Positions 1 through 8,796 of a DNA stretch of 44,531 nucleotides are shown here, in pieces. The translations under genes were made by a program, and so were the position numbers. Source of the stretch: a virus (taxonomy: Duplodnaviria > Heunggongvirae > Uroviricota > Caudoviricetes); IMG/VR virus record IMGVR_UViG_3300034980_000290; one strand, 5' to 3'. A model generated the notes under the pieces. It made no database searches. It was not told the DNA's origin and was given only the letters and a program-made list of their open reading frames with translations. The first letter of the stretch is position 1. Each line of letters begins with the position of its first letter.

Positions 1-1794
1 GGCGCAGTGCTCGATGACTTGAATACTCTTGGCGCTGCAAGCACTGATGGCGAGTTTTTGGTGGCCACGGGTGCTGGGGCCTTTGCATATGAATCAGGTG
101 CCACTGCCAGAACATCGATGGGTGTGGGTAGCACAGACACCCCCACCATGGCGGGGCTTACCCTCAGCCATGCCGACAATGATGTCGTGCTCAACCTGCT
201 GGCTGACACCGACAATGACGGAACCGGTGAAGCCTACATCTACATCAAGAACGGTACCACGCCGACCGTAGAGGGTTGGATTGGAACCATCCCGGCCACC
301 AACCAAGCCCCGGATGGTAGCGCCTTCACTGGCACCACCACTAACGCACTGCTCTTCGGAGTCGCCGCTGGCAACGACCCGATCATGATCGGTGGCGGCG
401 AAGTGGGCATTACCGTCTACGGTGGCAACGTCAAGCTGGGCAGTGATAGCGCCTCGCCGAACGGTGGTGTTCACATCCTGCACACCACCGACAAGACAGC
501 GCTGTTGGTTGAGGGCGATGGCACTCAGACCAGCGCCATCCTCAGTGTCATTGACTCTACCAGCAACCCATTACTCAACGTGTCTGGCAGCGCCACCAAC
601 TATGCGGTCGGTGTTGGAACAGCAACGCCTGCCGCCAGGGTCGATGTGATCAATGATACGGCGGCACAGGTTTGCTTCAGGGTGCAGGGTGCTGCTGCCC
701 AATCAAGTAGCGTGTTGCTGATTGAGAACAGCGCAGGCACAGACCTTCTGCGCTTGGCTCCTGGTGGCCAGTTGAACTACGGCTTGGCTACTGCCAGTTA
801 CCTCGGAGCCAGCGGTGAGATTTGGAGCGCCGCATCCGTCACAGTGGCCGGTATCCCATTCAACTACGTGGGCTTCTCAGATGCTGTCGATGACGGAGGT
901 TTCGTCGGCGTTGGTAACGCCACCACCACCGAATCTCGGTTCCAAACCTTCTACGACACGACCGCAGCCGTACTGAACCAGCCAAGCTGGTACGTTGGTG
1001 GTGAAAAGGGTGACATGATCATCCACCCCCGCAACACCAACCCCACCAACTTCTTTGAGATCGTCAACGTCGCTGGCAGCACGGTGTTCAACGTCGCCAG
1101 CGCGAGCAGCTACGTCAGCCTCCTGAACGGCACTGGCGTCAATGAGTTCAGCACAGACGGCACTCTTGGCGGAGACAGCGATGATGCGCTGCCCACCGAG
1201 AAGGCTGTCAAGGCTTACGTGGATGGCGCAGGGGCATTTACAGATCCTAACAGCCACCTCACAACTACCACGTTGGCAGGCATTCTTGAAGAGCTTGCAA
1301 TCGTCACCAACAACGTGGTTGACGAGTGGGACTCGGTGCCTGCGGTGGGTGCTTGGAATGCGACGGCCAGCGAAACAGTCAATGAAATCTTGTGCGCTGG
1401 TTGGCCGAACGCCAGCACAGAATCGCTGACCACCACCTTCAAGGTTCCCACATGGTATGACGGTGAGGACCTTACACTCATTGTTCACATGTCCAGCGAC
1501 ACCAGCCCGAGTCGTGATGAAGCAACCAACATTGATTGCATCATGTACGACTGGACTGATACTGGCGGTGATGGCGTCAGCATGGGCAGCAAGACCACCA
1601 CGGCCCTTGACCCCACAATCAACAGCACTTACACGGTGAACAACGTGATGGCCCGTAGCTTTACCATCAGCACTGGCCTACCCACGGCAGGAGAGATGGT
1701 TGCGGTCAAGCTCATTCGTACGTCGGGCGACGCCCACTCTGGTGACATGGCAGTGCACAAAGTCACCATTGAGTCCGGCAAACTCACTACCTAA
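1..1794 (+). CDS. Tail fibre / virion structural protein, 5'-truncated by the window edge
   Basis: Frame open from base 1. Gly/Ala/Thr/Ser-rich beta-strand sequence with motifs typical of phage fibre proteins (DGEFLVATGAGAFAYESGATARTSMG; STDGTLGGDSDDALPTEKAVKAYVD). Confidence 0.6.
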   Translation, partial: GAVLDDLNTLGAASTDGEFLVATGAGAFAYESGATARTSMGVGSTDTPTMAGLTLSHADNDVVLNLLADTDNDGTGEAYIYIKNGTTPTVEGWIGTIPATNQAPDGSAFTGTTTNALLFGVAAGNDPIMIGGGEVGITVYGGNVKLGSDSASPNGGVHILHTTDKTALLVEGDGTQTSAILSVIDSTSNPLLNVSGSATNYAVGVGTATPAARVDVINDTAAQVCFRVQGAAAQSSSVLLIENSAGTDLLRLAPGGQLNYGLATASYLGASGEIWSAASVTVAGIPFNYVGFSDAVDDGGFVGVGNATTTESRFQTFYDTTAAVLNQPSWYVGGEKGDMIIHPRNTNPTNFFEIVNVAGSTVFNVASASSYVSLLNGTGVNEFSTDGTLGGDSDDALPTEKAVKAYVDGAGAFTDPNSHLTTTTLAGILEELAIVTNNVVDEWDSVPAVGAWNATASETVNEILCAGWPNASTESLTTTFKVPTWYDGEDLTLIVHMSSDTSPSRDEATNIDCIMYDWTDTGGDGVSMGSKTTTALDPTINSTYTVNNVMARSFTISTGLPTAGEMVAVKLIRTSGDAHSGDMAVHKVTIESGKLTT

Positions 1795-1846
1795 GATCAC
1801 CTGAAAATCTCCCCGGCATGTATATGCCTAAGCGTGGGCAAGGTTT

Positions 1847-2224
1847 ATGCGTACCATCTTTGCAGCGGAACCTGAGGAAATGACCCAATCCGGCGAAAAG
1901 CCCCAGTCTGTAGTGCAAATCACGAAGCAGACGGCGGTATCCCTCGCCCTTGTAGTGGTCATCGTTACCGCAGCCGTTGGTGGCGCGGTGAGTGTAACGA
2001 CGTTGCAAAACGACGTGAAGCACCTCACTGATACCGTACAAGAGTTGAAGGTTGAGCTGGTGGCACTCCGCAAGGGGCAGACCAGCGACATCGCCAACAA
2101 CACGAGTCAGATTTCACTCCTTACAGAGCGAATGCGCGTTGCTCTCGAGCGCGAACAACAGGCGTTGAAAAAGATCCAGGATCTTGAAACACGCCTACGG
2201 GAGCTGGAGAAAACCAACAAGTAG
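1847..2224 (+). CDS. Single-TM coiled-coil membrane protein (XhlA/holin/i-spanin-like architecture)
   Basis: Hydrophobic helix AVSLALVVVIVTAAVGGAV followed by a long heptad coiled coil. Confidence 0.5.
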   Translation: MRTIFAAEPEEMTQSGEKPQSVVQITKQTAVSLALVVVIVTAAVGGAVSVTTLQNDVKHLTDTVQELKVELVALRKGQTSDIANNTSQISLLTERMRVALEREQQALKKIQDLETRLRELEKTNK

Positions 2225-2233
2225 GAGCCACCG

Positions 2234-2728
2234 ATGAGAACCGCTGTTCTACTCGCCTTGCTATTGGCGAGCTGCGCAGCGCCAGGGGACCCCAAACCAG
2301 CGGCAACGCCAACGCCGATCGTACAGGAGGCCCCCAAGCCGAATGTTCTCATCCTCTTCGAACCACGGCTCACCCCACTGGCTCAGTGGGTGTTCAAAGA
2401 GTTGCCCGCCCGTTGCAAGGAGCTGGGTATCCCGTTGCCCAAGGCTGTCTACATTGATGACGGCCCACCTGCCCGCGCCACCAAATCAGACAACGAAGAT
2501 GGCACGGTGACCTGGGAGTGGCGTGCTGGCGAGTACGGCGACAAGCAGATCAGGATCTACACACGCAGTCCGTGGGGTGGATTCCAGGAGCTTGAGTACC
2601 TCAAGACCGTGTTCTGGCACGAGCTTCTACACTACTACGATGACCTCAAGCGGCTAGAGTACAAGTGCCCAGAGGTCCACAATGACATTTTCCTGGAGCG
2701 CATCCGCAAACTTGGGTGGTCGAAGTAG
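2234..2728 (+). CDS. Lipoprotein with zincin metalloprotease motif (SprT/YgjP-like)
   Basis: Signal peptide with lipobox LASC; HELLH zinc motif plus distal HNDIF as third ligand; GGAG RBS upstream. Confidence 0.65.
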   Translation: MRTAVLLALLLASCAAPGDPKPAATPTPIVQEAPKPNVLILFEPRLTPLAQWVFKELPARCKELGIPLPKAVYIDDGPPARATKSDNEDGTVTWEWRAGEYGDKQIRIYTRSPWGGFQELEYLKTVFWHELLHYYDDLKRLEYKCPEVHNDIFLERIRKLGWSK

Positions 2729-2770
2729 ATCTGTCGTATAGCATGCTGCCAACCCAGGGAGCATGTAAGA

Positions 2771-3379
2771 ATGATCGAACAGATGAAGACGCGGCTCCAA
2801 GAAGCCGTGGCCGCTTTCCAGCAGAAGCGCAACGACCTCCAAACTGCCTCTCAGGACAGGGCGCAAGCAGAAGCGCGTATCCGCCAGCTTGAGATGGAGT
2901 GTGCGACGTTGCAGGGTCAGGTCAACACCTACGCCACCCTGATCAACGACTCGGGGGTCGACCCCAACACGGTCATCAATCGTGGCCCCACGTTGGTGCC
3001 ACAGACGCCAGAGCCCGCGCCGACCGCCCCGGCTGTTCCGCAGGCTGCACCCGCCCCGGCGGCTCCGGCACCGCCAGCGGCGGCGGCTCCCCCGGTGTCC
3101 CAGCCTGGGCCGGTGGAAGCGCCGCCCGCAGCACCAGACCCGGTGGCAGCGGCGCGGGCCGAGGGTGCCCTTGTCAGTGCGTCTGGCCAGCCCGGTGCCG
3201 TTGGCCCGCGTGCTGCCGCACCGCAGCCCGCCCTCACCGCCGATCAACTTCGTGCACAGCTCGCACGTGCCGAAGAAGCCGAGGCCGCAGGTGGCACGCC
3301 CCCTGTCGAGTTGAAAGTCGACGCTGGTCGTCCGGCACCGTACGCCGCAGTCGTCGGCGAGGACCCGCCGCCTCAGTAG
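2771..3379 (+). CDS. Hypothetical protein, N-terminal coiled coil plus Pro/Ala-rich tail
   Basis: 202-aa ORF on the coding strand, low-complexity PA region. Confidence 0.7.
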   Translation: MIEQMKTRLQEAVAAFQQKRNDLQTASQDRAQAEARIRQLEMECATLQGQVNTYATLINDSGVDPNTVINRGPTLVPQTPEPAPTAPAVPQAAPAPAAPAPPAAAAPPVSQPGPVEAPPAAPDPVAAARAEGALVSASGQPGAVGPRAAAPQPALTADQLRAQLARAEEAEAAGGTPPVELKVDAGRPAPYAAVVGEDPPPQ

Positions 3380-3443
3380 GGAATCGTTCCCTGGCATAAA
3401 GCGGTTTCACAGGGTTTCGCCTTCCACATCTGGAGTTTGATTC

Positions 3444-3848
3444 ATGTACCTTCTTGAAGGCTGGTCTGATCTCATCCCTATCGCTGTCACTCTGGTCAGC
3501 GTTGCGGGTACTGTCTTCCTGGCTTGGTTCCAGATCTGGCTCAAGAAGAAGGGTCTCAACGCCGAGGTGGTCGACAAGTTCGGCACCATCATCGACGCCA
3601 TCGGCTCCAGGATGCGGGACAAGTTCCTGATGGAGCTGGCAGAGAAGAAGGCCAACGACGGCGCCAACGAGATCACAGCCCAAGAGTTCAGCGAACTGCG
3701 GCAGAACGCTTACGACTTGCTCATGCAAGAGGTCAACGGAGCTGTACGAGAGCATGCGGCTGGGCTTGGCGAACAAGTAGTCAAGGGAATTCTGGGCAAG
3801 TACATCAGCTCGGGCACCCTCGAGATCCAAAAGGAACCCACGGAGTAG
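3444..3848 (+). CDS. Holin-like membrane protein
   Basis: N-terminal TM helix (IPIAVTLVSVAGTVFLAWFQIWL) followed by amphipathic helices, an architecture like LL-H-type holins. Confidence 0.45.
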   Translation: MYLLEGWSDLIPIAVTLVSVAGTVFLAWFQIWLKKKGLNAEVVDKFGTIIDAIGSRMRDKFLMELAEKKANDGANEITAQEFSELRQNAYDLLMQEVNGAVREHAAGLGEQVVKGILGKYISSGTLEIQKEPTE

Positions 3849-3852
3849 AACC

Positions 3853-4395
3853 ATGAAGCATCTGATGATCGCACTCACCCTGTTGGGGCTCCTGGCCGGG
3901 TGCAACAGCGCCCCTGAGATTGCTCGCCCCATCCACGACAAGGAGCAGGAGAGCTACACATACGCCGCCAATGAGCTCACGCAGTGGGGGTTGAACCTCC
4001 TGGCCACGATGGTCCAGAAGCACCTCAACGAAGCGGCTGCATTCCATCAGAGGACACAGGGCCAGATCATCGCTTCCGGCAACGCCGCCGCCGCTGTGCA
4101 GGATGAGCTCCAGTATCAAGCGATGCTCGATGAGCTCCAGAACCAAGTGCTGGCAGAGTTCGACAAGGTGGCGAAGATGCACCAGGGCATCGCCGCAGCG
4201 AACGCATTCCACAAGGTGGTGCAGCACGGATTGGCGAACGCCAACAAGGTGGACATCGATCAGGTGGTGCAGCTTGCCGACGCTGTGACCCAGGCCGTGG
4301 GGTTGGATCTTGGTCCGCTGGCCCAGGTCATCGCCAACATCAAAGCGGCCCGCAACCTCCCCGACATCGACCTGCCGTTACTCACCGGCCAGTAG
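3853..4395 (+). CDS. Helical lipoprotein of unknown function
   Basis: MKHLMIALTLLGLLAGC signal with lipobox LAGC. Confidence 0.7.
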   Translation: MKHLMIALTLLGLLAGCNSAPEIARPIHDKEQESYTYAANELTQWGLNLLATMVQKHLNEAAAFHQRTQGQIIASGNAAAAVQDELQYQAMLDELQNQVLAEFDKVAKMHQGIAAANAFHKVVQHGLANANKVDIDQVVQLADAVTQAVGLDLGPLAQVIANIKAARNLPDIDLPLLTGQ

Positions 4396-4452
4396 GGCCT
4401 TAGACGGCACATCCAGCACCGACCGAACCCCATTCTGCGCAAAGGAAGTACC

Positions 4453-4737
4453 ATGACCATCGCTGAACTCCGTGTGGCCTACGCGGCCCTCCTGAAAAAC
4501 GCTGTCGCAGCCCTCAACGCTGACGCCATTGTGCAGCAGGCAGCGGACGCCAATCCGTACTCGCGGTTCCTCCTGCCCAGTGCGGTTGTGAACCACCAGC
4601 CCGCTGACCCGCCGTACAACGAGGCCCAGGCCAACCAGATCGTCGACGACGCCATGGCCAACATGAGCGACACCGACTTCATGGCGCTCTTGCAGGGAGC
4701 CGTGGGATTTGGCCTCAGCTTGTTCCCCGGCGTATAA
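4453..4737 (+). CDS. Hypothetical protein
   Basis: 94-aa ORF with AAGGA RBS. Confidence 0.7.
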   Translation: MTIAELRVAYAALLKNAVAALNADAIVQQAADANPYSRFLLPSAVVNHQPADPPYNEAQANQIVDDAMANMSDTDFMALLQGAVGFGLSLFPGV

Positions 4738-4744
4738 CTGGGCA

Positions 4745-5026
4745 ATGCAACTGCAACGCCGCCATCAAGCTGTCGCCAACCGGCTCGCCGATGCCCTTGG
4801 CCACTGCATGACCCAGTCAGCGCATGGAGCGTTTGGCCGGGTCGATAAAGAGGCCATGGCCTCTTTGGGCCTTGGCAAGTACGACCCCGAGGAGCTGAAG
4901 GCTGGACTGTCACGCTTGTACAATCTTGAACCTGGGGAGGGCGAGATTGTCAAGGACATTGTGGTCTGGCTGGTGCAAGTGATGGAATCGAACGGCCTTC
5001 TTGCACAAAAGCCCGCAGCAGAGTAG
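4745..5026 (+). CDS. Hypothetical protein
   Basis: ORF starting at ATG 4745, 7 nt after the previous stop. Confidence 0.6.
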   Translation: MQLQRRHQAVANRLADALGHCMTQSAHGAFGRVDKEAMASLGLGKYDPEELKAGLSRLYNLEPGEGEIVKDIVVWLVQVMESNGLLAQKPAAE

Positions 5027-5091
5027 CTCACAAGCAGCCCGTGCGTATACCTTGGTGCGCGGTAGCAACCCGGCGCGTTTGCAGAAGCCAC

Positions 5092-5135
5092 AGCAGCCCT
5101 ACACCCCCACCCGGGAGTGTGGGGCTGCTTCTTTG
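5092..5135 (+). terminator. Putative intrinsic terminator ending the structural/lysis block
   Basis: AGCAGCCCTACAC pairs with GTGTGGGGCTGCT (13 bp, one G-U), followed by TCTTTG. Confidence 0.6.
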
Positions 5136-5137
5136 TC

Positions 5138-7012
5138 ATGTACCACGTAGATCTCCACGTAAAAAACCTCATTGTCATTGACAAGAGGCAGCTACCACCC
5201 CACGCACTGTTCGGGATCAAAAACAGGTTCACAGCAGAGAACCCTCAGTATCACATCATGAAGAATGCTGGGCTGAAGAACGCTGTGCCGAACAGCCACA
5301 TCCAATACTACTACGAGACCGCAGACCGCATTGCGATCCCTCGTGGCACTGGCACCTGGATACGAAACTACCTGAGCCAGCTTGGATGTACAGTGAACGT
5401 GATTGACAATCGCGTGCTGTATGAGCGCATTGACATTGATCTCAACTTCGGGGTAGTCTGCGCCAATGGCAAGACCTTTGATGGGATGCACAGCTACCAA
5501 GAGGGCGGCATCCGGTTCATGGTGGCAAGCCAGCAAGCGATCTTCAATGCAGGATGTGGCGGCGGCAAGACAGTGACCGGCATGGGGTTCATCTGTGCCG
5601 TGCAACAGCCCACCCTGATCGTAGTGCACACCGGAGACTTGGCGGCCCAGTGGCAGCGAGAGCTGGCCGAGAAAACCAAGGGGGCATACACCCTTGGTAT
5701 GGTGGGCCTCGGCCAGGAGAGCCCGGGAGATGTTACGATCGCAACCGTACAAAAGCTGGCCCGGTACAGCCCCGCCGCCAAGGAGGAGCTAATGGGCCGG
5801 TTCGGTGCCATCCTAATGGATGAGTGCTTCCCATCAGGTGCCAGGGTGTGGGCGCCCAGCAGCTTCGGCGGTGATTGGATCACCATGAAGGAGCTGTACG
5901 AAGGCGACCGTGAAAACGTGATGGCCTTCAACTTTGAGGCCCAGCGCGTTGAGTCCAAGAGGATTGTGCGCAAGATCCGCAATGAGGTCACTGGCAAGGG
6001 CAGGAAGTGGCGCACAATCAAGATGGACAAGGGTGGGAAAACCAAGCTCACCGGCACCCATAAGCACAAAGTCTTCTTGCTTGAGAAGGGCTGGACCCCA
6101 CTGGGTGAAGTAGAGCCGGGTGACTTTGTCGCTTGGTACCGCTCACCGCAGGCCATGAGGGTGATAGGGGTACGCGACACGCCCATCCCGGACGGCCTCA
6201 AGGTGTACCGATACAACCTTGAGGTGGCTGACCATCACAACTACTACTGTGATGGAGCACTGGTTTCCAACTGCCACCACGCCCCAGCCGACACCTTTGC
6301 CGACGTGCTGAACTGGAGCCCGGCCTACTACAGACAGGGCCTAACGGCCACGCCGAAGCGCAGCGATAGCATGGAGTTTCTCATGTTTGACACCATCAGC
6401 ACACGGGTGTTTGAGGTCAAAGATGAGGAGATGGTTGACAGTGGGGTACGCACGGCGCCGCCAATAGTTACGCCCATCCCCACCGGCTACCAAGATGGCC
6501 GGAACATGGGCATGAACATGCGCCAGAAGCAGTTGAGCGACCTGTCAAAGAACGCCAACCGCAACGCCAGACTGGTAGCCCAGATCAAAGCTGACTGGGA
6601 AGCTGGGTACTTCGCTCTGGCCATCTCGCAGCGCACTGAGCACTGCCGACAACTCAAGCTCTGGCTGGAGGCTGAGGGTATGACCTGCGGCCTCCTGATT
6701 GGCGATGTAGCCAAGGAGCTCAGGGCGGAGGTTATCCGGCGTGGCAAGGCCGGGGAGCTGGACATCATCATCGGCACCAAGGTGGCTGATGAGGGGCTTG
6801 ACATCCCACAGCTTGACCTGCTCCACCTTGCCATGCCTCACGGCAACGAGCACAAGCTCAAGCAGCAAGCGGGACGTATCCAACGTGATGCCGATGGGTG
6901 CAACCACCCATTGATTCGAGACTACGTTGACGGCGGTAACTTCCTCGCCAACATGTACACCAAGCGACTGAGGGCCTACCGCAAGTGGGGCTTCGACATC
7001 AGGACTACATGA
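5138..7012 (+). CDS. Superfamily 2 DExH helicase (UvsW/XPB/ResIII-like) containing an intein
   Basis: Motif I AGCGGGKT, motif II DE/CH interrupted by an intein, motif III GLTATP, motif V DEGLDIP, motif VI QQAGRIQR. Confidence 0.9.
   Translation: MYHVDLHVKNLIVIDKRQLPPHALFGIKNRFTAENPQYHIMKNAGLKNAVPNSHIQYYYETADRIAIPRGTGTWIRNYLSQLGCTVNVIDNRVLYERIDIDLNFGVVCANGKTFDGMHSYQEGGIRFMVASQQAIFNAGCGGGKTVTGMGFICAVQQPTLIVVHTGDLAAQWQRELAEKTKGAYTLGMVGLGQESPGDVTIATVQKLARYSPAAKEELMGRFGAILMDECFPSGARVWAPSSFGGDWITMKELYEGDRENVMAFNFEAQRVESKRIVRKIRNEVTGKGRKWRTIKMDKGGKTKLTGTHKHKVFLLEKGWTPLGEVEPGDFVAWYRSPQAMRVIGVRDTPIPDGLKVYRYNLEVADHHNYYCDGALVSNCHHAPADTFADVLNWSPAYYRQGLTATPKRSDSMEFLMFDTISTRVFEVKDEEMVDSGVRTAPPIVTPIPTGYQDGRNMGMNMRQKQLSDLSKNANRNARLVAQIKADWEAGYFALAISQRTEHCRQLKLWLEAEGMTCGLLIGDVAKELRAEVIRRGKAGELDIIIGTKVADEGLDIPQLDLLHLAMPHGNEHKLKQQAGRIQRDADGCNHPLIRDYVDGGNFLANMYTKRLRAYRKWGFDIRTT
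5825..6271 (+). mobile_element. Mini-intein (149 aa, no endonuclease) in helicase motif II
   Basis: Starts CFPSGARV; block B THKH; block F YNLEVADHHNYY; ends VSN before Cys+1; removal restores MDECHH. Confidence 0.9.
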
Positions 7013-7013
7013 C

Positions 7014-7382
7014 ATGACCCAACCCAAGAACCCATTCGTTCCGGGCGCCAACCAGCCCGAGATGCCTTCTGTTTCCCCGGTGCAGACGATGGTGCACCAG
7101 TACAGGAACGACACCATCCCCGCCGACGACATCGCCGACCACTTCAACGGGTTGGCCGCGGAAGGCTGGGAGGTCGTGTCACTGGTCTGGGACAAGGACA
7201 TCGGCCCCGAGGCTGACACCGTGCTGGGGCAAGAGGTCAGGGAAGGCAGGTGGCTGGTGGTGATGAGGAGACCAACCAAGGTGAGGATGCACGGCATACC
7301 CATCGAATACGACAAGCGCACCCTGCCTCCCATGCGTCCGCCGCAAAATGCTGGTGGAGGCCCCAGAAGGCCGGGACAGTAG
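7014..7382 (+). CDS. Hypothetical protein with DUF4177-like motif
   Basis: FNGLAAEGWEVVS resembles the LNxLGxEGWELV signature. Confidence 0.5.
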   Translation: MTQPKNPFVPGANQPEMPSVSPVQTMVHQYRNDTIPADDIADHFNGLAAEGWEVVSLVWDKDIGPEADTVLGQEVREGRWLVVMRRPTKVRMHGIPIEYDKRTLPPMRPPQNAGGGPRRPGQ

Positions 7383-7394
7383 GATCAAAAACCT

Positions 7395-7450
7395 CGCGCG
7401 TGTGTGCATGCGCACGCGCCAAGAGGAAGGAAGTATCCTACTAATAGTAG
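7395..7450. repeat. Intergenic palindromes: 25-nt alternating purine/pyrimidine near-palindrome and CTACTA-A-TAGTAG
   Basis: CGCGCGTGTGTGCATGCGCACGCGC at 7395-7419; perfect inverted repeat at 7438-7450. Confidence 0.8.
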
Positions 7451-7498
7451 TGTTTTCTCAGTAAGGGTTGTATCAGGTTTCTCTCAAGGGGTTCACTC

Positions 7499-8038
7499 AT
7501 GGAAGGTAGGCAGGTTCATGTGGTTGACGGCAGCGGCAAGGTGGTCGCTCAGGTTGTCTTACCGCGCTCCTGCCAACTTCGGGTCCTGAACAGCACAGGC
7601 AGTGTTGAGCTTGAGTGGCCACACGCTGACTACCTTGCCTCCCTGAACACAGTGAAGACTGCTACCACCGCGAACAGGGATTTCTGTGAAGCGTACGAGG
7701 CCAGGATTGAGTCAAAGGTGTGGACACCGATAGCTGGAATCCTGGGCAAGTTGCGAATCCGGCAAGGCGAAAAGAGGTACGCCTTCTTCACCACATTGGA
7801 CCCGCGCTTCCCTGATTTCAGCCACAGCCACCCCAAGATCTTCATCGACCTCATTGCTGATTTCATGAACAGCCATGCCTGGGCAGAGCTGGATTCACCC
7901 ATCCCAGATAAGGAGCGCAAACCACGGCTTCTCCAAAGCCTGAAGCAGTATGTGGCACAGGGGGTTGGGCAAGCCCAGGCAGCTTCTGCGAACGCTGCGC
8001 CAACAGCAGAAACGTTCACCGATGACCAGTATAAATGA
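7499..8038 (+). CDS. Hypothetical protein upstream of the loader (possible replication initiator)
   Basis: 179-aa ORF, ATGA-coupled to the DnaC-like gene; the function is a positional guess only. Confidence 0.55.
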   Translation: MEGRQVHVVDGSGKVVAQVVLPRSCQLRVLNSTGSVELEWPHADYLASLNTVKTATTANRDFCEAYEARIESKVWTPIAGILGKLRIRQGEKRYAFFTTLDPRFPDFSHSHPKIFIDLIADFMNSHAWAELDSPIPDKERKPRLLQSLKQYVAQGVGQAQAASANAAPTAETFTDDQYK

Positions 8039-8796
8039 TTGACAACCAGCAGATCATCAAACTACGCAAGGCACGGGAACGTGATGAATCGATCTACTGT
8101 GCCCAGTGTGACCATACGGGCCGTCACTACTACGTAGATGCTGACGGCCAAGTCAATCAGCGGTACTGTGACTGTTACAAGCGTCATCAGAATGCTGTGC
8201 GGTACCCGGTTCTGCTTAAGCGCAGCCAGATTCCCAACATGTCATGGGATTTTGGGTTCCGCGACTACCGCAACACCGGCACCAACGATGAGCAGAGGGC
8301 AACCAACGATCAGGCGTTGGCACAGATCAAATCGGACGCTGCTGCGATAACTGACCGCGTGAAGACTGGGAGCAACTGGTATTTTCAGGGGCAGAGCGGC
8401 ACTGGCAAGACTATTCTGGCCTGCCTGCTGGCGAAGTACGGCATGGCGGTAGGGTTGACCGCAGCCTATGTTCAGTTCCCAGTGTACGCCCAGCTCACCT
8501 TCAAAGACAACAACCGCCATGATGAGGACTGGATTGACTACCTCATGTGGTGCAAGCTGCTCATCGTGGACAATGTTGACGGCTATACGACCAGGAGTGG
8601 GTTCCATGAGAGCCTGTTTGACCAACTGGTCAGGCCAAGGGTGCAGAACAACCGCAGCGTCATCTACGTGGCCACCACACCAATGAATCACATCAGCCCC
8701 AAGCTGGGGGCAGCCAATGCAGCACTGGTTCAAGACCGCTGCACCAGAGTCACACTGATGGGTAAGGATTTCCGTGCCACCAAACCAAGTGCTTGA
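8035..8796 (+). CDS. DnaC/IstB-like helicase loader ATPase
   Basis: N-terminal CAQC...CDC zinc motif, Walker A GQSGTGKT, Walker B LLIVDNVD, TTPMN sensor, C-terminal LMGKDFR. Confidence 0.8.
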   Translation: MIDNQQIIKLRKARERDESIYCAQCDHTGRHYYVDADGQVNQRYCDCYKRHQNAVRYPVLLKRSQIPNMSWDFGFRDYRNTGTNDEQRATNDQALAQIKSDAAAITDRVKTGSNWYFQGQSGTGKTILACLLAKYGMAVGLTAAYVQFPVYAQLTFKDNNRHDEDWIDYLMWCKLLIVDNVDGYTTRSGFHESLFDQLVRPRVQNNRSVIYVATTPMNHISPKLGAANAALVQDRCTRVTLMGKDFRATKPSA

